Shown here: one piece after another, positions 48,928 through 61,970 of the stretch
Numbering within the stretch: position 1 is the stretch's first letter
How the letters are laid out: each line of letters opens with the position of its first letter
Translations under genes and position numbers: made by a program
Notes under the pieces: model-generated
Seen by the model: the letters and a program-made list of their open reading frames with translations, nothing else
Told to the model about the DNA's origin: nothing
The model's database searches: none
Source: Cenococcum geophilum
Lineage: Eukaryota
Assembly (NCBI GenBank): GCA_050273025.1
Contig: CP158636.1
Span: 11,594,001-11,658,000, forward strand
Direction of reading: 5' to 3'
DNA: 64,000 nucleotides

Positions 48928-51900
48928 ATGGCCGGTACTGAGCGCATAGGTCAGTTGATGAGTGCGCTTGATGCCTCTTCTGGTATCGACATATCGCGTG
49001 CTACATCACCTGGAGGCGACTGGCGTCAGACAAATGGCGGCATAAACGGTTATGATGTTGACAAGCACAGCCGAAGCCGTCCACGCACTTTTCCATACTT
49101 TAAATACCTACCATATGAAACTGAAGACCAAGCGGAAAGAGAGGAAAACTTGAATACTTGCATGAAACACCTCTATATTGTTGTATCTGCTGGAGACTTT
49201 GCGCCAGGCGCGGTGCACTGGACGAGGGAAATTAGAGGATGGCTCTCCTTGAAATTTGACCTTCCTCGTGACACTCGCATCAAGCTCGTCAAGCTCTATT
49301 ATGAACTAGCCCTTGCTCCAGGTTTGGATTATTTGGTGGCAGAGCGTTTCGCTAGCATGTTTATGGTATTAACAAAGTGAGTCCCTTTCTGATCCGAGCT
49401 TCCAGGAAGCTATGTAGTTACTAACGTTAAATAGGCGGAAGCACTATCTTCGCCCTGGAAAAGACCTGGTACTCGATTGGAGGCCGCTGTTTAGGGAGCT
49501 GAAGACGTTCGTTCTGCCATCCGAGTCGGGAACTACACATCCTACGAACGTAAAACGCAATGTCCGCACGTTGACTAAGCTTTGCACCTTTGCCCAGCTC
49601 TATTTTGACCCGCAAGAGATTCCCGCCATGTTCCAAGAATTCCTACCTTACTTCAGCACCTCATTTTCAGAAGGGGCATACGTGGTTGTGGGCTTATTAA
49701 ATTTACTTCTCCCAACCCACCCTGCTGCGGAAGAGCACACTGAGCTCCAACCGCAACATTACCTGCCAACTTTCTTCCATCTTTGGTCCCTTGTCAACCG
49801 TTCGAGGCTGTTTGATGTACACTTTGTTGATATCTTTTCTAGGCTTGCTAGAGACTCATTATCTGCAAAGCATGTTCCCTTCTCACAACATGGTATATTT
49901 ACCAGTGAGCAATCTTCACTCATCTTCACTGCTGTTCTTAGACTACTCGAAATTCCTGTTGGGCAAGCTACCTCCCCTTACAGCACAACGGTGGATTTAG
50001 GCGCTGGCCTTGCTATAATGCTTGATCGAGACCAGAGAAAACACCCCATTGCCCACCACATCGCACGATGGATTGTAATGTCATTATCCCCAGCTTGTTT
50101 AGACCATCCAGACTCGGTTTTGTCAAAGTTAGAAGGTTTGATCCAAGCTGTTGAAACATTTTTCCATCCGTCGAATTCCGGTAGTTGGACGAAAACATTA
50201 TCACAGCTAGTTTTCTATTTGGCAGACTTCTTTGTTATGCGATGGAATCGAGAAAGTAGCGGGGAGATGGAGGTGCCAGAAGAGAGGAGACTCAACAATG
50301 GGCTCAAGCGTCGGTTTGTGTTATGCTTGCGAGAGGTTATATTCATGGGCATATTCGCGAAGAGTGGAACGGCGATGAATTTCTCACTATCGACCCTTCA
50401 AAGCTTGGCGTACCTGGAACCAAACCTGATTCTCCCAGGAGCCCTGCAGAGAATATATCCAGCCATGCAAGGGCTAGTCGAGGTGCACCGAACGATCTCC
50501 TCTATACGAGCATTGCATATGCTGTCAAAAGTCATGGCAAGAACCAAAGGCTATAGATGCCACGTTACTACAGTCCTAGGGCTTGCGCTACCGGGAATCG
50601 ATGCCAATGATTTGGAGAAAACTCTGCATACACTGTCATACATCCAAGGAGTATGCTATACGGTTCCCTTTCATGATCTGACACAAGAGAAGAAAGATGG
50701 TCGGAATAATCAAGCACCACGTGATGGCACTGATACTCCAATGGAAGAGGCTGATACTGATACCGGTCTGGCAGTGAGGTGGATAACAGGCCAGGTAGAA
50801 CGATTGGAGAACGAAGGCGGTGGGATCGAGATTGACTACAATAAAGAACTCAGTGACCATGATGAAGAGATGGTACTGCGATCTTCTACCACTGGACTTG
50901 CGGAGTTTCTCATGTCATTCCTTGGTCGTGTATTCACACTACTGGAGAACTTGCCTGATGCTTCGCGTGTGAGGAGCGGGTCTCCTGAGGAGAATGTGGT
51001 CAACACCCTTCCAGCTGCATTTACTCCGCTTCTTGCTGCCCTTTCGCCTAGCCTATTTGACATTGCGCTCGACAAGATCGCCAATTTCGTTACAAATCAT
51101 GTCATCCATCAAGCGAGAGACGCTATGGCGTTCATCTGCAATGGGCTCGTCAAAATTAATCCCGAAAAGTCACTGAAAAGACTGTTGCCCCATCTTCTTG
51201 CGGGAATCCGTACTGAAATTGACGACAATGGGGCTGGTTCGACAAGGACTACCGGATCAGAGGTGCTCCCTAGAGATCGCGCATTGGTCTGGAATATCAG
51301 TTTACTCAGCATGTGCGTGGTACATGTCGGCGACGCGGTTCTTGCTTGGAAGGACGAGCTGTTTGACATTGCTGAATACATGCAGCAAAGGTGCAGAGGT
51401 ATCCCTACTGTGCATGTGTCCAACTTCATCCATCATCTCCTCCTGAATTTGACGGTTACATACACGATCGACTATTCTATCTATGAGAAGGATGAGCTTG
51501 AGAAGGGTCTATCAACAGAGTCCTGGGGCAAACTCGCAGATCCAAAGAATCTGAACGTCACCTGGCATACTCCTAACGAAGAGGAAATTGATTTCGCAGT
51601 CGCACTATTTGAGTCGCAATGTAAAAGCGCTATCGGTGCATTACTCGATCTCATCAAGCCTGACCCACCCGTAAAACGTGATGGTACAGGGAAAGACTGG
51701 TCAGATGAGGTGTCTCGAAATCTCGTCCTACTTAGACTCATCATATCTGGGATTTCGGTCCTGTTTGATCCAAGATTCGACAATTCTGATGCAAGCACTG
51801 ACAGTCCCTCTTCCAATCAAGAGGATGACGTTGACGCTGATGAAATAGAGGATGATGCTGGCCTCGGCGAAGCAGAAGACGAAGAGGTGAAACCGACCTT

Positions 51901-54900
51901 CCAGTACGAAACAGGTTACCCATTGGCTCGAGATGGAAGGAATTACCAGGCGATTCACAGTCTGCGCCAGATCGTAGGAGAGACTCTCCATAAGGTCCAT
52001 AAATTCTTGATAGAAAAGCAGGAAGATGATGTGCCGTGCTTCAACTCCTTATACAACGCATATCGATCATGGTTCATAGACGTTGGTATTGAACGGTCGG
52101 CTCACGTTCTCGACAGAGTGACTCGACTTCTCGCAGCCGACGTGCATCCTTTTAAATTCAGTGGTCTTAGGAAAGAATATCCAAGGCCACTGCTTGTTCG
52201 ACGCGCGAATGTTTACCATCTCCAGAGATTGCGTCACAATGCAAATCCGCGACCCAAAACTGAACTTGATAAACAGCTTTTATTGGACCTGGCAGAATCC
52301 AGTGTATCTCTTTACACGGAGATTCGTCGCACTGCACAGACGGCAAATGAGTCAGCGGTGAAATGCGTTCTTGGAGCAAGGCCACTCGTCATACCCCCTC
52401 TCCTTGAAGCTCTTGTCAAAGCCGTCGATGAAAACGATTTTCCACGCATCAAAGGTGCGATGTTTTCATTACTCTTCGGAAGCCTGGCCAAGACAATTAG
52501 TAGGGACTGGAGGTTCACTCCGACACTCATCAAAGCCTTTATCGAGGTTACCGGAGCTGACAAGCCTTCCGTTCAGAAGCTTGCAACTAATGCCACGTTC
52601 CAAATCATGGACATGGGCAAGCCTTTGGAACGTATGGTCATCCTTGATCAAGAAATCGTCGAGGCAATATCTTTCCCTGTCAACGCGCAGGAGACAGAAA
52701 AAATCCAGGCTAAGATCAACAAAAGACGGGACTTCATCAAGAAGAAGAGAAGCAGGATCGAGGGCAAGAAATCACAGCTATCAACAGAACTTGTTGAACT
52801 GGGAAGAAAATCGCACTGGAAAAAAGCGAGCCGAACAGCTGCAATCGTTATAAACCTTGGCATGCGGTATGACTCAATCGCTTCGGAGCCTATGATCGAT
52901 CTTGTTACCAAAGGTTCGATTGACCCACATCCTAGTCTTCGTGGTCTGTATGCCGGCGCTTTGGTCGGCATCTTCACGTTAGTCCAAACACGTGGTATTA
53001 CAGGGCACAGCTATGAGAGATACCTCTTAGGAGACGAAGAGCTTCCTGATAAGATAGTTGTGCCGACAAGAGCTGAAGATCCAAATTGGACATCGCAACA
53101 CTTGGCGAGCTTTGCTAAGCCTGAAGCAAAATACTACGTTGACTTTGACTACCCAGGCTGGCTAGTTTGGAATAAGACAATGCCAGCTTTTCTGCCCAAT
53201 CCACCATCTATTAAGTTCGACGGTGTTGAAAATAACGTACGCGAGAAGATCGGCAATCTTCTAGACCGGCACTGGTTCTCAACTTACTTTGCATATATGA
53301 AACAAGAACCGCGAGACTCTGGAGCTGACCGATTCCGCATGTCAAGCGCGATGATGTTGACGCATGCCTTTGACCTCCTATTTGCTGACCTTACGAAAGC
53401 TAATTTCGAAGACATTAAGGATTTGACACAATCCGTCTATGGCGACGGTAGTGACAAGCATCAGCATCGAGCTACGGCTGAAATAATGGGTGCGTTACTA
53501 TCCTGCGCACCGGATTTGAAGCCGGAGTTGCGTGCAGAGGTCTGGGAGTACACTTTCCCTATCATCCGAGGAATATTCAAAGATGGCTTAACGCCTGAGA
53601 ATTCGTCGTACTGGACAACATTTTTGCACGTCGTGTTGCAAGGGAAAGACCCCCGGAGGGGTTGGCCGCTTGTGGACTGGCTTGCTAGCTTTCGACTTGA
53701 TATGGAATCTAATGCTGCATTCAAGGAGAGTTCCAAAATACAACTTTTGCAACAATGTATTTTAGATGCCGGATGGCATTTCCAACTTGAAAAGCCGATT
53801 TTAGAGGACTTTATGCAGCACCTGGATCATCCATACAAGGGCGTACGTGAAGCCATGGGCCAAACACTAGCTAGCATTCACCGGACTAGATACCATGAGT
53901 CGTATAAGGACGTAAAAACCCTCATAGAAGCGCAAAAAGCAACCTCTTCCATCGGCATCCGACCGTATCAACCAACTGAAGAGTATTCCAGAACCATCAC
54001 TGATGTGTTTGAAAGACTTGAGGTATGGCGACAGAAGCGTCCCGCGGGGCAGCAGACTCCGTCTTCGTACACATCAGGTGGCAAAACTGTATTGCTTTGG
54101 CTTGACTCTACTCTCTCTTCATATGAATGCATCCAGCTTGTCAAATTTTTCCCAAACGTTTTCATGGAGCAACTTCTCCACATGATGGACATCAAAGAGG
54201 ACCCAGAGCTTCAATCCCTCGCCTACCACGTATTCCGCCATCTTCCTAACATCCCCCACCGCGCTGGTGAAGACGAAGAGTTCATCGCCGCGCTCATTCG
54301 CATCGGACGCAACGCGACGTCCTGGCATCAACGGCTCCGCATCCTTATCAACATCCAAGTCATCTATTTCCGGCGCCTCTTCCTAATGTCGGAAAGCCAG
54401 CAGCAGGCACTATTCGACTGTGTCTCTGCTATGCTCGGAGACGTGCAACTCGAAGTCCGCCTGGGTGCCGCAACCACATTGTCAGGCATGATACGTTGCT
54501 CACCCGTCGCGCTGCGCAATCGCACTGTCGAGGCTCTGAAAGTCACCTTCACAGACATGCTACAGAAGAACCCTCTCCCGAAGAAACGCATCCCAGGAAC
54601 TCCCACACCGGAGCACAACAAACTGATCCTAGTTCGCCATGCCGCAGTGCTCGGTCTTGGCGCGCTGATCCAAGCGTTCCCGTATACCTCGCCGCCGCCA
54701 GCATGGCTGCCTGACGTACTGGCTACCCTGGCTAGGAGAGCTGCTGCTGATCCCGGCATGGTTGGAAAGAGCGTGAAAAGCGTTTTGGCGGATTTCAAGA
54801 AAACGAGGCAGGATACTTGGCACGTGGATGTTAAGGTAAGCTTATCCCAACTCCTTCCATCCTCTCCAGTCTAGAACCTCTCGTATAATGACTAACGAGC

Positions 54901-54970
54901 TATTTAGGCCTTCGAAACAGAGCAGCTGGAAGATCTGGAAGGCGTGCTATGGAAGAGCTACTTCGCCTAA
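48928..54970 (+). CDS. BLM10: Proteasome activator Blm10/PA200 (PSME4)
   Basis: Exons 48928-49376, 49435-54835, 54908-54970. ETFFHPSNSGSW, LPGIDANDLEKT, HAAVLGLGALIQAFPY..P.WLP, FKKTRQDTW and C-terminal WKSYFA (HbYX-type motif). Probable 5'UTR intron at about 48696-48812. Confidence 0.97.
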
Positions 54971-56372
54971 AATCGCCCGCCTCTATTTTCATCACTTGCC
55001 ACTGATGGTTCCTCAACCACTCCGCACTGCGTATCAATGTACTACTCCCTTTCGCTCTTACTGCGAGCTGTAATGCAGTGCTATTTGCGAACTGCATCGC
55101 ATAGTGGATGTATAACCCCCACATTCGGACGCGGAAGCTGCCGGAAGTAGTGTTTTTGCATAGATTAGCGCAAGCGCATGGTTGGCTTGCTTAGCTCGGC
55201 GACGGCCTTGTATAGATTGATAGAAGACTATGCGTTTCGGTGTCATCCATATGTCTAAGTTCCCTGCATGTGACTTTGTAGAGCTATAAATCAGGCTTTG
55301 TACTGTCTGCCTGAGCTCACCTCCATACTCAACGTGATGGCGGTGCATTTTTCCATTACAATTCCGGAATTAGGGATTCTAGCCTCGCTTGATCTTGTTC
55401 AACTTCTCGTTTGCGCTAATATTGTGATGCTTTGCGACTGGGGTAATCATTCATATATGCTTAAGCAGAGGTGAGGTTACAAGACACCTCTTTGTAGCCC
55501 AATAATGCAACCATAGAGAATTGAGCCTTTAAGAAAAAAGTTAGCTGCACTAACGAGTCGCTGAGAGCTTTCCCACATGAATTCTGGCTATATCATGACT
55601 GTGTTGGTTGTTCATGTTCTAACTCCGACGCAAGCATTTCACCAATAGTGCGAGATGACAAGCTCCGCACCACTCAGCCACACACAAACCTACAAAAGGT
55701 AAGCGAGTGACTGCCAGGCACGGCTGTGCGAAACAATAATAAGCGAGGTGACTCCGTCACCTGACAAAAAGCCATAATGCTAATAGCTAGAGAAGTTCAA
55801 AGCGCTTCAATTAACGGCAAACGAATAGCCTCTCGTAGAGACAAGGGTATCTAGTTTTCAGTTATGCTGCAGTCCAAACTACTCCAGACGAAACCCGTGC
55901 AAAAACAGACGAAGGATGAACCATAATGCAATGCTGCCGCGCATAGGAGAGAGCAAAAAAACTTGACGCGAGAGAAGACCCCAGGAACCCACGCCGCGCA
56001 ACCTACTACGCCTCAGCCTCACGCACGGTACGTAGCTCGCTGGGTTCTTCGCTAGCTTGCCCGCCCGCGTGCGTCGTTGGAACCTCGCGTATCTCATTCG
56101 TTCTCATCGGCTCGGTTGGTTCCTCCCTCATGTTCGTTGAATGCAGAACCAACATGCCATTCTCCTCTATAGTATATGCCGTTTTATTTTTCAAGCCGCC
56201 CTTTACGCCGACAATAATGCAATCTCCAAAGAACCGCGAGGGTAGCTCTATAACCGAAAAAGGAAAAGACTTTTGTTTAGTACAATGTATATAAACAGTT
56301 TGCCTTTGACACCAAGTCGGCAGATGTCCGTTTTTATGCTGGGTATCAACAAAAGATTGATACACTCTGAAC

Positions 56373-58798
56373 TCACAGAAAAATACTGAATAGAGAGAAA
56401 GCTAGACCAATGAAGGAGTATAACAGGAAGCGTTTATTATTCCCTTCAAACACCCTTGGCGGGAGGCGAACTGACATGGCGCCGCTTGTAGGTTTCGGTG
56501 TTCCAGTAGCGACGTAGACGCCTGTCAGCTGCACGCTGCTGCTCGTAGCGCCATTGGATAAGCTGGTGGGTATGTTTACAGGCAGACTGCCAGGCACGCC
56601 TGCGATGACAGTGCTAGAAGGGGGGCTATAGTCGTCGGCATCCTCGTACCAGACACCGTCGATCACGACACCTTTAAAATTCATTATCGAGCTGATTTGG
56701 TCCTCAGTACAAGTGTCGTTAATATCACGAATCCAGCACGTGCTCTCCGGTTCAGATGGAGCTTTGTTGGTGTGATTTGAATACTGCGGGCCTTTGGTTG
56801 CGAAAGAGTCAAGCGAAATGGCTTCACCAGTTCCCAAGTCTGTGCCTTCAATAATGCGTGTAAAAACTGTGAAGGCAGTTTCAGGTTGGTAAGCCGGGAC
56901 AAGGTGGCCGGAGTCATATATCCGCGAGAAGGATAGATTGCCGAACTGGCGAACTGCACCGCCGACGTAGGAGGAATTGACGATAATGTCTGCATAGCCC
57001 GCAGCGGGGAAAGCGGATGCATAGTTGGGGACAAGTGCCGCAAGTGCCAGGGAAACGGCTTCTCCACCGTACCAGTTACAGATGTAGTCTGCATCACCAT
57101 AGAGGAGAGCTACGCGGACGCCGAGGGTCAGTAAGTGAGCAAGGGAGGCGATCTGTGTCCCGCGAACAATATCGCCAGCTGCGAAATGCGTCAGTATGCG
57201 CCCAAGGGATATTTCCAATTGTATGAAACAAAACTAGGATAATTATTTTTGAAGAGTAGGCAGATGCTTCATGCGACCCCGTAACGGAGTTTATTCCAAA
57301 CGCCGCAGCATGTGAAGATGCATGTGAAGAAGTCTGGGGGATATACATACTTTTCTGGAAGAGATAGAATATCATGTCATTGCTCTCGGTATAATTAAGA
57401 GGAACCCCAATAGACTTTTGTAAAGGAGCAGAATTAAGGTATTCAAGATATGCGGGACTCGGAAAACTGGTAGGAGTAGTAACCCTAATATCATAGAAAC
57501 TTCTGCCGGATTCGAAATATGATAACTCGATATTATCACAAACCTGCTCAGCAGTAGCACATATTTCGTTCGTCATATACTCATCACCTTCGCCCTCAGG
57601 ATCATTGGCGCTCATGCTGCTCCGGCAAGCATTGATAGCCTCTTGACAACCACCTGAAGCCCGAAAATCGTTGAGAGCATTAAGCATGGTAACATCGTTA
57701 ATAGCCTTAATCCCGTACGTGTTGTTGTTTGCAAACTTCGGGTAGAATGGAACTTGAACGAGCTCGTCTATAATCCCGTTGAGGATGCCAACCGCCGTAA
57801 GTCTGATTTCGAGTGTGGTGTTCCGCGGTATCAAGCCAGCCGCCCGGTTCGCATTTTGCTGTTCGAAAAGATTCGCAAAAGCGGGACCGTACTGACCTCC
57901 ATAACTTTCTGCGAAAAGATTCACGCCGGTTGGCAATGTGGTCGTGCTATTTGGTTTCGTTCCAGGATTGTACTGCGGGAAGGCGGAGAGGAAGCCTTGA
58001 AGGAAGTGCCAAGCAGCATTTGCGGCAATCGTGGACGTGTTGGCAGTGTGCAACTGGTTGCCACTGCTGAATGTGCCGTTAAGGAAAGTGTAGGTTGGTT
58101 GTGTAGAAGGAACAACAGTAGGGGCAAGGTAGGTGTCGCCATAAATATTGTGGGACTTGTTGATCAAGACATCGTAAGAAAATCCCACTTGAGCCGGCTG
58201 GTCAATGTAGAGAATGTTAGAGCTCCTATCCCATCCCCACACTCTTGACTGTGTGCCGTATCCCCCGTCCGACATTTGGACTACCTCGCATGGCCCGCTC
58301 TCCTGGAAAAGACCGATCATGCTGCTACTACCTGGGCCACCATTCAGCCATATTGTGAGGGGAGCCGTCTCAGGGTTTTGTCGAGCTTCGATGAACCAGA
58401 AAAAGGTATTGATGGAGTAGTTCTGTTGGTAGGGTGCGATGGTGAAAGGAGGAAGATTGACATAGCCGGTGTATTGTTTCTGCGATGTAAAGACAGTGGT
58501 GCATGTCCCCGGGTCGGGTGACTTGTATGAGATGGTTATGTTTGGATCTATGGGAGACTTAATGACATTGGGATAGGTGGCGGGAGGAGGGAATTGAGCA
58601 GTTGAGAATGGCACAAGGCTAATGGCCGTAGCAGCAACGACAGGCAATAGTTGGAACAGCTACAGAGAATGCGCGTCAGCTGGGGAACTCCCCTCTTCTC
58701 CGAGACGCTGAAGCGACGCCCGGACGATTGCTGGGTGTTGAGGCTGAAGCTGTTCTGGTGGAAACAATGCGGGCATGGAAACAAGCTGGACTCACCAT
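56373..58798 (-). CDS. Secreted/GPI-anchored serine carboxypeptidase (family S10), about 705 aa
   Basis: Exons 58798-58796 (ATG only), 58659-57351, 57178-56373. Signal peptide MLFQLLPVVAATAISLVPFSTA; WLNGGPGSSS; catalytic triad in AESYGG, GDADYICN, SGHLVP; Ser/Thr-rich tail and hydrophobic C-terminus. Confidence 0.92.
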
Positions 58799-59406
58799 GA
58801 TGATTGCTGCAATGCGGATGAGCTACCTCATGAATAAGATAACGGGGAGAGGCGATAAAAGTGAAGAGAAAGCGAAAGACAGACGCAGCAGCACGACAAA
58901 GCTGAAGCCAAGCTCGCACAGCCTCCAGAAGGATTGTGCACGCTGCGGGATGGAGCAAAGTAGAAGATGCAGCTTGGCGATAATTGAAAAGGGTTGCGCG
59001 CTCATGTGGGGTAATCCGGGACCTGCAGCAATTCAGCACCACCTGGCCGAACAAGCGCATCAACACCAGCACTATGTAGGTGCACAAGGCAATTGTCAAT
59101 GGCCAACTCGGGAAGGATCAAGGTGCGCTGAAGCAGGGTCGACGGCTTCTCTGTATACGCAGATCATCGTGCAACCAATTTTCTGAACAAAACAATCCGA
59201 TTCCGTCGGGGCCGCATTTATCCAGCCATCAATAAACTTGGAATTATAAGTAGATACATAACGCGTGGACATGCAGCCGCGACTCAAACCATCACACCGG
59301 ATTTCAACATGGTGCGCCGTGTTTCTCATTTAGCCGCGGCCATGAAAACCGCACCTTCAACCAATAGAGATAACGATCGTTCATCAAATATGTTAAATTC
59401 CTTTCA

Positions 59407-61127
59407 TTAATAGTGTTTATATTCTGACTGCAGTGCCTTCCTCTTTAATATGCGAATCATGTTAGTGAGGTAACTAGTTAGTCTAATTCTGGGCTCAACT
59501 TTCTCAACTATCCGAGGCTCAACCTCCCACATCTCCCCTCCATCAGTATCCGGCCACCAGTCTACAATCTTTTCTCCCCTTATTAGCCTCCCCAAATTCA
59601 TCCTCACGCTCCACTTCACATACTTAGTCTCTACAACCGCCACGTGATCCCCTCCATGCCCTGAAATATCGCTGCTAGCCTTGGCTAGGAAATGATAGCT
59701 GAACAGCGGAGGTTGTATCACCTAACCCGCTGCCTTGCGTGCATCTGTTATCGATAACGGATTAGCCAATCAAGTAAGCTGCACGAGATACTAATGCCCA
59801 ATTAATTCTAGTCGCGATTTAGCGATGCACGCAAGCGGGTTAAGGGATAGTTATACAAATCGGCCTGTTTCCTGTCATTTAAGCTGCTTGCAAAACCCTC
59901 ACGGTAGCCCCTAGATCCTCTGAATCTTCTGGACTCTCCGGGTCTTGCAGGTCCCGAAAGCCGAACATCAGGCCGTCGCACCAGTCACTCAACATGAAAT
60001 CATATCCCCTGGACAACTCTCTGACCCCGAATTCGTACAGCAGTTTCCTTGCACCCCTCTGCGAGTGGGTATGCCACGCTGCAGGTCGTGCCATTCGCGC
60101 GATGCACGACTCGCGTGTGCAGAGGATAGAGGTCGCAAGGTCATCTATTGCAGACAATGGATGTGGTTTAAGGTGCTGAGGTTCTGGCACTGTAATGTCA
60201 TCGGGAATGGTTACGCGATCGGGATGGGAGGGTGAAGGGGAGGAAAGTGAGCCCCACAATGCCCTAGCCAGAGAATGTCCCAGTCCGAACCATACAATAA
60301 GCTTGTTAGGTGTTCAATAGAAGGAACGGAAGAGAAGGGAACTGAGGAACGGCGAGCGGCATCTCGCTCATCCAATCCAGCAAAATCGGGAGTTACGTCA
60401 GGATGGGAGCTCGCATTCGAGAGGAGGGCCTGCAGACCGCGAGAGGCAAGCGCGAAGGTCCGGAGTTAGGACTTTAGGCGTGTATCCCAGTCTACGTCAT
60501 CCCCAAGAATGAGAGCTGTGGTGAGGCTTTGCTTGACGATGCTGTGTAATGTTAGTTTCGATATGCCAGATGTTATCGTTATAAAGGCAGGTTTTTGAGT
60601 CCGGGAAGTACTGACGCTTGAAGGGCATTCATATGAGCTCGCCAGCTACCTTTACTGCCGGGCGAGATGAATTTATGGTCTCCAGGTGGTAGCGCTTTCT
60701 CCAGGACATCGTCACCGGAAACACCGTCAATCCAATTTAACTGCAGGTTACTCACTACAGCGGAAAGACTCATGGCATCACGGCGGTCTGTTCGTGAAGG
60801 AAGGTTTATGACAAGTATATTTTGAAACTGCACACATAAGTATTTATACACCAATCCTAGGGCAAAGATGTTTTCATGGAGGCAGAGGACATATCGAATG
60901 GACGGGAAGAATGAAAGTCGCATGGAAATAAGAAGCAGAAGCCATACGCCAAGCGTTTAGTTGAGCGCATCATCTAGAGCCTCTTCCGCCTTCAAGAAGC
61001 TATGCTTAAACCCCGAAATAAAATATCTCGAAGGGCTTGCATGCTGATACGCGAGGAGAAAGAGGACGGATGTGACAAAACATGATATCCCGACCAGGAG
61101 AAACCAGCCGTTTCGTTGCACGAACAT
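59407..61127 (-). pseudogene. Glycosyltransferase family 25 pseudogene
   Basis: Type II TM N-terminus, then FQNILVINLPSRTDRRD, GSWRAHMNAL, ALILGDDVDWD (E>G in the EDD motif), WDILWLGHCG, SQRGARKLL, QPPLF. In-frame TAA stops at 60957-60959, 60466-60468 and 59879-59881; frameshifts near 60240, 60130 and 60065; 128-bp insertion. Confidence 0.85.
59719..59846. mobile_element. 128-bp non-autonomous TIR element (MITE) inserted in the GT25 coding sequence
   Basis: Left end cacctaacccgct(gcct)tgcgtgcatc versus reverse complement of right end cccttaacccgcttgcgtgcatc. Flanked by AT on both sides. Removing the element and one AT restores RPICIT-I-QPPLF in frame. Confidence 0.75.
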
Positions 61128-61970
61128 TTTTAGAATTTGAACATCATAAGACGTACAGCCGGCACATTTAGAGATCCTTCTTAGTGCGGAAAGTGACATG
61201 GTCAGTGGGAAGAATGAAGGTTCCGTCACTATCGTAGACTCCAAGATACAATGTGGGCATTTAACGGGCTGAATAATGCCCTATATGTTTGTAGGTGGTC
61301 CGTGCGCGAACACCAGAATCAAAATAACGCGATTACACCACTACTATGTCTTCCAACCGTACTAGATTATAGACCTTGTTCAGCCTACTTAGTATAACGC
61401 TCAGCAGAATTAGAGTGGAAAAAACCCCGCCTTAAGCCCTGGTCGTTGCCCAGATTCCTGAGTACGGACATCGAATTCAGCTAATTGGTTGGTTCTTATC
61501 GATAACCCGGGGACCCGAATCATTGTAATAAGGGATATGTACTACACCTTAAAGTGGTGGATCAACGTCCAGGATATGGATATTTTTGAACGAAACAGCC
61601 TTGGTGTATATTGAGTGATACGTAAACAGTGGTCTAAGGTTTCAGTATAAATTAGGCGTGTGCCTATTGGATAATCTTACAATATCGATTCAAACATTTA
61701 GCTATCGTTAACATAAATACAAAGATAATGAAACAGCCGTTAGAATGTGCCGTTTGCCCCTCCACGAAATCAGAAGAATTGTACGAAGGCGATACATGAA
61801 TACCTTCCCGTTATTCTACAGCAAAAATCAGATGTCACTGCATCGCTGCCAAGGCCAGTTGGAATCTCCTACTCCATCCACCATAAATCCACCCAGCACG
61901 ATCTACGGAATCGTAGTAATAAGGCAGCCAGTCTAGAGTAGCAAGTGTCAGCAATGCATACCCAGTTTCT

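Noticed and set aside
59722..59843. piggyBac-type (TTAA TSD) interpretation of the 128-bp element
   Set aside because: One side is TTAG, and excision at those boundaries would leave a stop codon rather than restore the GT25 frame.
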